A stretch of 64,000 bases of DNA, taken from NCBI RefSeq assembly GCF_035084215.1, contig NC_090349.1, forward strand, positions 8,680,001-8,744,000, written 5' to 3'. Within the stretch, counting starts at the first letter, position 1, and the number at the start of each line of letters is the position of its first letter. Below the pieces are notes generated by a model. It saw only the letters and a program-made list of their open reading frames with translations, did no database searches and was not told the DNA's origin. Origin of the DNA: Heptranchias perlo (Eukaryota). A program made the translations under genes and the position numbers. Below, in pieces: positions 13,426-23,276 of this stretch.

Positions 13426-13451
13426 CCAGCATCCGCAGTATTTTGCTTTTG
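13426..13451 (+). mobile_element. 26-bp Penelope-like 3'-terminal micro-insertion with 10-bp TSD
   Basis: TTACCAGTAT (13416-13425) + CCAGCATCCGCAGTATTTTGCTTTTG + TTACCAGTAT (13452-13461). The insert is the reverse complement of 17203-17228 with one mismatch. Confidence 0.85.
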
Positions 13452-13696
13452 TTACCAGTATTTAGGATGTGTGGAAGTTTGACTAGACCAGGAGTATAAC
13501 TGTAGATCCTTTTAAGCCAAATGGCCTTGGTGCAGGAGGTGCTGAACTGTAGAAATCACTTCCTGTTATGAAGTAACCTTGTTTAGTGCAAGGTACTATC
13601 AATACAAAACAAAGTTATCACCATATTTGCTGGGATCAAATATTTGTATTTTGTAATTGCAGTTATCAGAAATCCAGACTGTACTTCTAAGTTATA

Positions 13697-14680
13697 GTAT
13701 CAGAGTATGTTACAGCACAGGAGGCCATTCAGCCCATCGTGCTGGTGCCGGCTCTTTGAAAGAGCTGTCCAATTAGTCCCACTCCCCTGCTCTTTCCACA
13801 TAGCTCCATAATTTTTTTCCCTTCAAGTGTTTAGCCAATTCCCTTTTGAAAGTTATTATTGAATCTGCTTCCACCACCCTGTCAGGCAGTGTATTCAAGA
13901 CAGCAACAACTCTGCGTAAAAACATATTTCCTCATGTCGCCTCTGGTTCTTTTGCCAATCACCTTAAATCTGTGTCCTCTGGTTACAGACCCTTCTGCCA
14001 CTGGAAACAGTGTTTCCTTATTTACTCTATCAAAACCCTTTACAAATTTGAACACCTCTATCAAATCTCCCCTTAACCGTCTCTGCTCTAAGGAGAACAA
14101 CCTCAGCTTTTCCAGTCTCTCCACATAACTGAAGTCCCTCATCCCTGGTACCATTCTAGTAAATCTCTTCTGCAACCTCTCTACGGCCTTCACATCCTTC
14201 CTAAAGCCCAGAATTGAACACAATACTCTAGCTGAGGCCCAACTTGTGTTTTATAAAGGTTTAGGATAATTTCCTTGCTCTTGTACCCTACACTTCTATT
14301 AATAAAGCTAAGGATCCCATTTTTTTTTTAATAGCCTTCTCAACCTGTCCTGTCACCTTCAAAGATTTGTGTACATTAAACCCCGATCTCTCTGTTCCTT
14401 TAAAATTGTATCATTTGGTTTATATTGCCTTTCCTCATTCTTCCTACCAAAATGCATCACTTCACACTTCTCTGGGTTAATTTTCATCTGCCATGTGTTT
14501 GTCCATTTCACCAGTCTGTCTATGTCCTCTGAAGTCTGTTACTATCCTCAACATTATTTACTACATTTACGAGTTTTGTGTCATCTGCAAACTTTGAAAT
14601 TATTCCCTGTATATCCAAGTCCAGGTCATGAATATATATCAAACAGAGCAATAGTCCGAAAACTGACTCCTGAGGAACAC
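13697..14680 (-). mobile_element. CR1 LINE 3' fragment
   Basis: ERLQKRFTRMVPGMRDFSYVERLEKLRLFSLEQRRLRGDLIEVFK peptide. Confidence 0.92.
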
Positions 14681-15552
14681 AACATTTCCTATATTGCTAT
14701 TGTTCCCACTTTAGCTTTAAAAAAAAAGCTTAAAATAGCACCAATGCATAAGTCTTGGAGTAGGCTGGAGTTCGAGTTCCCAACATTAACCTTCTGCACC
14801 TGAAGATGTTCAGGTAGTCAGCGTAATGGGAATAAACTTAAGTAAATAAGGGATTATCCACTCCAACAGTATTTTAAACATCTAACGGTGAGTTACCCCA
14901 TGACATTCATATGCTCTCATGTCAAAACAAGCAGACTGCTGCTCTACAAGTTGGTACCATGCACTTGTTCCTCATGGTCAGCCTCTGGTCTGTCTTCTTA
15001 GCTAAGTAACAATGTATGGAGGAAGGGAGGTGAAAAACACATTAAGACAGCATCGAAAAAGATAACAATTGATATTGTCCCTGAGGTAGAACATGGCCCT
15101 GGAATGATTTTAGCCGGTGTGACTGAAGCAGTGCAGAGTAGGTTCTGGCTATCACAGGATAGCTCACTAATACACTGTTAGCAACATTTGTTAGAAGTCA
15201 ATACAAGATTACAATGTATTGATTGACAATTTGCTCTGTTGCATTTTTACCAGAAATAAAAATTCTTCATTTGATGCAAACAGTTAACCAAAGACAAAAA
15301 TAAGATTTTAGAAGTATCCATATTTTTGAGAAGTTAGAAACACGGGGGCAGGAGTAGGCCATTTAGCCCCTCGAGCTTGTTCCTCCAATCAATTAGATCA
15401 TGGCTGATCTGTATCTTAACTCCATCTACCCGCATCTTGATCACCCCCGAACGGCCTAGCTCTCATTTTAAGGTTATGCCCCCTTATTGAATTCATCCGA
15501 ACCACCTACTTTGTAGGATGCATTCAAGCTCCTCACTCGTTGCCAATGTCAC

Positions 15553-17140
15553 AGTAAAAGAGGAGTAATAGTAATACAGAAATTGGATAGAATAAAAATA
15601 GATGAAGAGGAGGTACTTAAAAGATTGGCAGTGCTCAAAGTAGAAAAGTCACATGGTCCGGATGGGACATATCCTAGGTTACTGAGGGAAATAAGGGTGG
15701 AGATAGCGGAAGCACTGGCCACAATCTTCTAATCCTCCTTAGATATGGGAGTTGTGCCAGAGGACTGGAGTATTGCAAATGTTACACACTTGTTCAAAAA
15801 AGGGGAGAGGGATAAACCTGGCAACTACAGGCCAGTCAGCCTAATGTCGGTGGTGGGGAAATCTTTGAGAGACAATAATCCAAAACAAAATTTGCCACTT
15901 GGAAAAATATGGGTTAATAAATGATAGCCAGCATGGATTTGTTGAAGGCAAATCGTGTTTGACCAACTTGATTGAGTTCTTAATGATGAAGTAACAGAAA
16001 GGGTTGATGAGGGTAGTGCGGTTAATGTTGTGCATTTGGACTTTCAAAAGGCGGTTTGATAAAATCACATAATAGACTTGATGCCAAAATTGAAGCCCAT
16101 GGGATTAATGGGGCAGTGGCAGTGAGGATACAAAATTGGCTAAGAGACAAAAAGCAGAGAATAGTGGTGAACGGTTATTTTTCAGACTGGAGGGAATTAT
16201 ACAGTGGTTGGTATTAGAACCACTACTCTTTTTGATATATATTAATGACCTGGTCTTGGGTATACAGGGCATAATTTCAAAGTCTGCAGATGACACGAAA
16301 CTCGGAAACGTAGTGAACAGTGAGGAGGGATAGTAACAGACTTCAGGAGGACATAGACTGGTGAAATGGGCAGACACTTGACAGATGCAATTTAACGCAG
16401 CGAAGTGTGAGGTGATGCATTTTGGTAGGAAGAATGAGGAGAGGCAATACAAACTAAATGATTAAAATTTTAAAGGAGGTGCAGGAACAGAGAAATCTGG
16501 GGGTGTACGTACTCAAATCTTTGAAGGTGACAGGACAAGTTGAGAAGGCTGTATCCTTAGCTTTATAAACAGAGACAGAGTGTACGCTAAACTGGTGTGC
16601 CTCCAGCTGGAGTATTGTGTCCAATTCTGGCCACCACACTTTTGGAAGGATGTCAAGGTCTTAGGGAGGGTGTAGAGGAGATTTATTAGAATGGTACCAG
16701 GGATGAGGGACTTCAGTTATGTGGGGAGAGACTGGAGAAGCTGGGGTTGTTCTCCTTAGAGCAGAGATGGTTAAAGGGAGATTTGATAAGAGGTGTTCAA
16801 AATCATGAATGGTTTTGATAGTGTAAATAAGGAGAAACTGTTTCCACTGGCAGAAGGGTAAGTAACCAGAGGACACACATATAAGGTAATTGGCAAAAGA
16901 GGGAGAATTTTTTAATGCTGCAAGTAGTTACGATTTGGAACGCGCTGCCTTAAAGGGTGGTGGAAGTAGACAAATAATAACTTTCAAAAGGGAATGAGAT
17001 AAATACTTGAAGGGGAAAAACTGGCAGGGCTATGGTGAAAGAGGAGGGGAATGGGACTAATTGGATAGCTCTTTCAAAGAGCCGGCACAGGTATGATGGG
17101 CCGAATGGCCTCCTTCTGTGCTGTGTCATTCTATGATCTA
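15553..17140 (+). mobile_element. CR1 LINE, RT domain to 3' end, frameshifted
   Basis: KSHGPDG, PGNYRPVSL, LFLIYINDL and SADDTKL remnants; ends in a TTCTATGA-type tail. Confidence 0.92.
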
Positions 17141-17197
17141 TAACAAAGTGGCCAAAAGTTCATTAGGAAGAGTTGACATTGCACCTATTGCCAAAGA

Positions 17198-18044
17198 AAG
17201 AACAAAAGCAAAATACTGCGGATACTGGAAATCTGAAATAAAGGCAGAAAATACTGGGAATACTCAGAAGGTGAGGCAGCATCCGTGGACCGTGAAAAAG
17301 AGTTAACGTTTCAGGTCAACGATCTTTGATAAGAACTGGAAGAAGTTAGAGATTTAACAATTTATAAGCAAGTGTAGAGTCAGGGTAAAAAGGGGGGGCA
17401 GGGGAGGAAAGAACAAAAGGAAGGTCTCGAGGAACAGCATCTCACCTTTCGATTAGGCACTTTACAACCTTCCGGCCTCGAAAATGATTTCAACAACTTC
17501 AGATTATACTGATGATAACTCTGTTTCTTTCTCCACAGATGCTGCCTGACTTGCTGAGCTTCTCCAGTATTTTCTGTTTTTATTTCAGATAATAACCACT
17601 GCTCCCGTTTTCTCGGACAGCAGGCGCTGGTAATGGTTCTGCGGCTGCCATTTACACCTCCTCTGGACCCATCTTTTGTTTCTTTATTGTCCCATTACCA
17701 CCCACTTTTGCCTTGCACCATCATCCTTTTTGTCACTTAATCATTCCTGCCTTAAGTACGTATCTTAACCAAAAAAGGTTTAGTTGAAACTGAAGCTGTT
17801 CTAATAGACCTTTCCTTTTGTCCTTTTGTTCTTTCCTCCCTCCCCCCCACCCCACCCCACAACCTTTTTTCCCTAGCTCGGTTACTTCTTCCAGTTCTGA
17901 TGAAAGGTCGTCGACCTGAAACGGGGACATAACCTTAAAATCAGAACCAGGCCGTTCAGGAGAGAATTTAGGAAACACTTCTCTCCTATTTCTCTCTCCA
18001 CAGATGCTGCCTGACCGCTGAGTGTTTTCAGCATTTTCTGTTTT
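17198..18044 (+). mobile_element. Decayed Penelope-like element (second family): inverted pLTR, GIY-YIG C-terminal stub, direct pLTR
   Basis: 12-bp TSD TATTGCCAAAGA (17186-17197; 18045-18056). 17198-17427 is inverted relative to the right end. 17426-17512 encodes LEEQHLTFRLGTLQPSGLENDFNNFRLY*, typical of a PLE endonuclease C-terminus. Confidence 0.85.
17897..17923 (+). ncRNA. Disrupted hammerhead ribozyme core of the second PLE family
   Basis: CTGATGA-A-AGGTC-GTC-GACCT-GAAACG. The downstream stem III / stem I strand is interrupted by a CR1 fragment. A degenerate inverted copy lies at about 17300-17338. Confidence 0.7.
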
Positions 18045-18289
18045 TATTGCCAAAGATAGAGGTCTACCAAAATCATGAAAAAGTTCAGGAGGCACCAATT
18101 TACTGTAAAACAATATGTTTTGACACGAGAACATTATTTAAAGGAAATATAAGCTGATAAAAGATCTTTGATGCATTATAATAAATACACTGGTAGTTTT
18201 GCAGTTCTGTATCCTCCACTACATAGCTGGATAGTTTTGTAGGTACAGTTCGACCTTTTCCAAACAGTGGGAAGATTCAGAGAGGACTA

Positions 18290-18625
18290 GGAACATGGGA
18301 ACAGGAGGAGGCCATTCAGCCCCTTCAGCATGTTCCGCCATTCAATGACATCATGGCTGATCTGTATCCTAATTCCATCCACCCTACCTTGGCTCCATAT
18401 CCCTTAATGCTATTGGCTTGCAAAAATCTATCGATCTCAGATTTAAAGTTATTAATTGAGCTAGCATCTACTGCTTTTTGTGGGAGAGAGTTCCACATTT
18501 CTACTTTGCATGAACAAGTGTTTCCTAACTTCTCTCCTGAACGGCCTGGTTCTGATGTTAAGATTATGTCCCTGTGTCCTAGGCTCTCCCACCAGCGGAA
18601 AAAGTTTCTCTCTATACATTCTCTC
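18290..18625 (-). mobile_element. CR1 3' fragment
   Basis: REKLFPLVGEPRTQGHNLNIRTRPFR peptide plus tail. Confidence 0.88.
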
Positions 18626-19091
18626 TAATAATAGCAACTTTTCCAAGCTTTACATCATTGAGCTATTACAGCAGCTTAGAGAACTAAGCCTGATCTTGCT
18701 GGGAAAAAAGATTAAGGTAGAAACATGAAACAAGTTCAAATCATGATGCAGTGTCGAGAGCTAATGTGTTTCCAACGAAGGAGCGGGGTTTATAGCAAGG
18801 CTATCCAGGCGCTAAATGGAACAGTGGACCGCTTATTGCGTGTAGCATCCTCCTCATTCTTTGAAAGTTAATTTCTATATATACAAGTAGGAATCATTAT
18901 CCCACAGAGGATAGAAACTCAACAGGGATAATGCTCCTTTAAGTAAATTTATACCCTGGGCGTCCACTGATCGTCCCCCATTTTGCTGTATCACAGCCTC
19001 AATCTGACGCAGCCCTGCAGTTCTCTGTCTTGGCAAGTCAGTTGTAAACAATTTTACAACACCAAGTTATAGTCCAGCAATTTTATTTTAA

Positions 19092-19132
19092 ATTCACAAG
19101 CTTTCGGAGATTTTCTCCTTCCTCAGGTAAAT
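19092..19132 (-). ncRNA. Minimal type I hammerhead ribozyme in the inverted pLTR
   Basis: Exact reverse complement of 20143-20183. Confidence 0.85.
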
Positions 19133-20142
19133 GTTTCAAGATCTCCTTGAAGCCTACGCATTTATACATATTGAATAATACATGGTGTTTACAGACTGCC
19201 TCTGCAACTGCCCGTTGCCAAGGCAATCACCGTGTTCAGACAGAGAGGTGTCATCTGCAGAACCCCCGAATACACATTCAACAAAAAAACAAACAGGGAA
19301 AAAAAACAGAGAAAAAAAAGAGAAAAAAAACAGAGAGAGAGGCAGAAACATCTGGAAGGCAGAGAGAGCCAGCAAATGACCCATTATATTAAAAACAGAT
19401 AACATTTGTTCGCTGGTGGGGTAACGTGTAGCGTCACATGAACCTCTGCAAGACATGCCAGATCATCGACACAGATACCACCATCACACGAGATGACACC
19501 ACCCACCAGGTGCATGGTTCATACTCCTGTGACTCGGCCAACGTTGTCTACCTCATACGTTGCAGGAAAGGATGCCCCAGAGCATGGTACATTGGCGAGA
19601 CCATGCAGACGCTGCGACAACGGATGAACGGACACCGCGCAACAATCGCCAAACAGGAGGGTTCCCTCCCAGTCGGGGAACACTTCAGCAGTCATGGACA
19701 TTCATCCACCGACCTTCGGGTAAGCGTACTCCAAGGCGGCCTTCGAGACACACGACAACGCAAAATCGTCGAGCAGAAATTGATAGCCAAGTTCCGCACC
19801 CATGAGGACGGCCTCAACCGGGACCTTGGGTTCATGTCACGCTACACGTTACCCCACCAGCGAACAAATGTTATCTGTTTTTAATATAATGGGTCATTTG
19901 CTGGCTCTCTCTGCCTTCCAGATGTTTCTGCCTCTCTCTCTGTTTTTTTTTTCTCTTTTTTTTCTCTGTTTTTTTTCCCTGTTTGTTTTTTTGTTGAATG
20001 TGTATTCGGGGGTTCTGCAGATGACACCTCTCTGTCTGAACACGGTGATTGCCTTGGCAACGGGCAGTTGCAGAGGCAGTCTGTAAACACCATGTATTAT
20101 TCAATATGTATAAATGCGTAGGCTTCAAGGAGATCTTGAAAC

Positions 20143-20183
20143 ATTTACCTGAGGAAGGAGAAAATCTCCGAAAGCTTGTGAAT
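20143..20183 (+). ncRNA. Minimal type I hammerhead ribozyme in the upstream pLTR
   Basis: Stem I ATTTAC/GTGAAT; core CTGAGGA(+A); stem II GGAGA-AAA-TCTCC; GAAA; palindromic AAGCTT in place of stem III. Confidence 0.87.
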
Positions 20184-20269
20184 TTAAAATAAAATTGCTG
20201 GACTATAACTTGGTGTTGTAAAATTGTTTACAATTGTCAACCCCAGTCCATCACCGGCATCTCCACATC

Positions 20270-22978
20270 ATGACTACCATCGACACCACAAACTGCCGGC
20301 TCACAGTGGAAAGGATATCCAAGAAGATCGCGCATTTAGACACAGACATCAAGTTTTTACAGAGCTGCAAGAAAGCAGACAAGATCCTGAAAGGACTCCA
20401 GATCACGAACCCACTCAAGTCCACATACAACTCGGATTACGCTGAGAGACTCTGCCGCCGTACCTCTCGCACACTCCGCAACCATCTCATACACCAACTC
20501 TACAGCAGACGCCACAACCTCGAAACCAAGATAGAGTCCATACTCTCAACCTGTACTCAGGACACAGCAGACCAGCTACGTTATACCGCCAAACAGACGA
20601 GGCAACGGAACTACGCTGCCTACATGAAAACCAAGAGCAGGAAGCTTGAGAAACTCGGCATCACCACCAGCAACGACCAAGCTTCCCCTGGTACCACGGT
20701 TGCAACCACAGGGAAGTCTATTGTCAATCTATCCGACCACACCCTTCAACCAGACGAAATCGAAGTTCTCAGCCGAGGGCTCAATTTCTGCCCCACTACC
20801 AAAATGGACCCCACTAGTCTCGCGGCGGACACAGAGGAATTCATCAGGAGAATGAGGCTCCGGGAATTCTACCACAAACCCCAAGATTTCAGCAGCGAAC
20901 CCAATGAGACAATCGACGATCCGGAACAGCAGACAGAGGGATCCGCGGTACAGCAACCGAAGAGGAAAGAGTCAAACTGGACTCCTCCGGAGGGTCGCTG
21001 CCCTCAGCTGGACATGTATGCTCAAGCTGTCAGGAAATGCGTCAATGCCAGATTCATCAGCCGCACTCAGAAGACAGTCCAGAATGTCACCCGAGCACAA
21101 CGCAACGCCATCAACGCTCTCAAGACCAACCGCAACATCGTCATCAAACCAGCGGACAAAGGAGGAGCCATAGTCATACAGAACAGAACAGACTATTGCA
21201 AAGAAGCATACCGACAACTGGACAACCAGGAACACTACAGACGGTTACCCGCAGATCCGACCAAAGAACACACCCACCAGCTCAACAAACTGATCAAGAC
21301 CTTCGATCCAGACCTTCAAAGCATCCTACGCATTCTCATCCCACGTAATCCCCGCGTGGGAGACTTCTACTGCCTCCCAAAGATACACAAAGCCAACACA
21401 CCCGGACGTCCCATCGTATCAGGCAACGGAACCCTGTGTGAGAACCTCTCTGGATACATCGAGGGCATCCTGAAACCCATCGTACAGGGAACCCCCAGCT
21501 TCTGTCGCGACACTACAGACTTCCTACAAAAACTCAGTACCCACGGACCAGTTGAACCAGGAACACTTCTCACCACGATGGACGTCTCGGCACTATACAC
21601 CAGTATCCCCCACGATGACGGCATCGCTGCGACAGCATCAATACTCAACACCAACAACAGCCAATCTCCGGAAGCCATCCTACAACTCATCCGCTTCATC
21701 CTGGATCACAATGTCTTCACCTTCGATAACCAGTTCTTTACCCAAACACACGGAACAGCCATGGGGACCAAATTCGCACCCCAATACGCCAACATTTTCA
21801 TGCACAAGTTCGAGCAGGACTTCTTCACTGCACAAGACCTCCAACCAACACTATACACCAGATACATCGACGACATTTTCTTTCTATGGACCCACGGCAA
21901 GGAATCACTAAAGAGACTACACGATAACATCAACAAGTTCCATCCCACCATCAAGCTCACCATGGACTACTCCTCAGAATCAGTTTCTTTCTTGGACACA
22001 CGAATCTCCATCAAAGACGGGCACCTCAGCACCTCACTCTACCGCAAGCCCACGGACAACCTCACGATGCTCCACTTTTCCAGCTTCCACCCTAACCACG
22101 TCAAAGAGGCCATCCCCTATGGACAGGCCCTGCGAATACACAGGGTCTGCTCAGACGAGGAGGAACGCGATGGACACCTACAGACGCTGAAAGACGCCCT
22201 AGTAAGAACGGGATATGACGCTCGACTCATCGATCGACAGTTCCGACGGGCCACAGCAAAAAATCGCATAGACCTCCTCAGGAGACTAACACGGGACGCA
22301 ACCAACAGAGTACCCTTTGTCGTCCAGTACTTCCCCGGAGCGGAGAAACTACGCCATGTTCTCCGCAGCCTTCAACATGTCATCAATGAGGACAAACACC
22401 TCGCTATGGCCATCCCCACACCTCCACTACTCGCCTTTAAACAGCCACCCAACCTCAAACAGACCATCGTTCGCAGCAAACTACCCAGCTTTCAAGAGAA
22501 CAGCGTCCACGACGCCACACAACCCTGCCACGGTAACCTCTGCAAGACATGCCAGATCATCGACACAGATACCACCATCACACGAGATGACACCACCCAC
22601 CAGGTGCATGGTTCATACTCCTGTGACTCGGCCAACGTTGTCTACCTCATACGTTGCAGGAAAGGATGCCCCAGAGCATGGTACATTGGCGAGACCATGC
22701 AGACGCTGCGACAACGGATGAACGGACACCGCGCAACAATCGCCAAACAGGAGGGTTCCCTCCCAGTCGGGGAACACTTCAGCAGTCATGGACATTCATC
22801 CACCGACCTTCGGGTAAGCGTACTCCAAGGCGGCCTTCGAGACACACGACAACGCAAAATCGTCGAGCAGAAATTGATAGCCAAGTTCCGCACCCATGAG
22901 GACGGCCTCAACCGGGACCTTGGGTTCATGTCACGCTACACGTTACCCCACCAGCGAACAAATGTTATCTGTTTTTAA
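20270..22978 (+). CDS. PLE polyprotein, 902 aa: reverse transcriptase, Cys-rich linker, GIY-YIG endonuclease
   Basis: Uninterrupted ORF from the first ATG at 20270. Motifs: IKPADKGGA, LPKIHK, GRPIVS, MDVSALYTSIP, GTAMGTKFAP, YIDD, FLD, CxxxxCxxC linker, VVYLIRC...WYIGET, HF. Confidence 0.96.
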   Translation: MTTIDTTNCRLTVERISKKIAHLDTDIKFLQSCKKADKILKGLQITNPLKSTYNSDYAERLCRRTSRTLRNHLIHQLYSRRHNLETKIESILSTCTQDTADQLRYTAKQTRQRNYAAYMKTKSRKLEKLGITTSNDQASPGTTVATTGKSIVNLSDHTLQPDEIEVLSRGLNFCPTTKMDPTSLAADTEEFIRRMRLREFYHKPQDFSSEPNETIDDPEQQTEGSAVQQPKRKESNWTPPEGRCPQLDMYAQAVRKCVNARFISRTQKTVQNVTRAQRNAINALKTNRNIVIKPADKGGAIVIQNRTDYCKEAYRQLDNQEHYRRLPADPTKEHTHQLNKLIKTFDPDLQSILRILIPRNPRVGDFYCLPKIHKANTPGRPIVSGNGTLCENLSGYIEGILKPIVQGTPSFCRDTTDFLQKLSTHGPVEPGTLLTTMDVSALYTSIPHDDGIAATASILNTNNSQSPEAILQLIRFILDHNVFTFDNQFFTQTHGTAMGTKFAPQYANIFMHKFEQDFFTAQDLQPTLYTRYIDDIFFLWTHGKESLKRLHDNINKFHPTIKLTMDYSSESVSFLDTRISIKDGHLSTSLYRKPTDNLTMLHFSSFHPNHVKEAIPYGQALRIHRVCSDEEERDGHLQTLKDALVRTGYDARLIDRQFRRATAKNRIDLLRRLTRDATNRVPFVVQYFPGAEKLRHVLRSLQHVINEDKHLAMAIPTPPLLAFKQPPNLKQTIVRSKLPSFQENSVHDATQPCHGNLCKTCQIIDTDTTITRDDTTHQVHGSYSCDSANVVYLIRCRKGCPRAWYIGETMQTLRQRMNGHRATIAKQEGSLPVGEHFSSHGHSSTDLRVSVLQGGLRDTRQRKIVEQKLIAKFRTHEDGLNRDLGFMSRYTLPHQRTNVICF

Positions 22979-23235
22979 TATAATGGGTCATTTGCTGGCT
23001 CTCTCTGCCTTCCAGATGTTTCTGCCTCTCTCTCTGTTTTTTTTTCTCTTTTTTTTCTCTGTTTTTTTTCCCTGTTTGTTTTTTTGTTGAATGTGTATTC
23101 GGGGGTTCTGCAGATGACACCTCTCTGTCTGAACACGGTGATTGCCTTGGCAACGGGCAGTTGCAGAGGCAGTCTGTAAACACCATGTATTATTCAATAT
23201 GTATAAATGCGTAGGCTTCAAGGAGATCTTGAAAC

Positions 23236-23276
23236 ATTTACCTGAGGAAGGAGAAAATCTCCGAAAGCTTGTGAAT
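23236..23276 (+). ncRNA. Minimal type I hammerhead ribozyme in the downstream pLTR
   Basis: Identical to 20143-20183. Confidence 0.87.

Noticed and set aside
19438-19884. Separate 148-aa GIY-YIG gene
   Set aside because: It is the duplicated 3' end of the PLE ORF; its ATG is created at the inversion junction.
20234-20269. 914-aa version of the PLE ORF
   Set aside because: It starts at TTG under a bacterial-style ORF call; the first ATG is at 20270.
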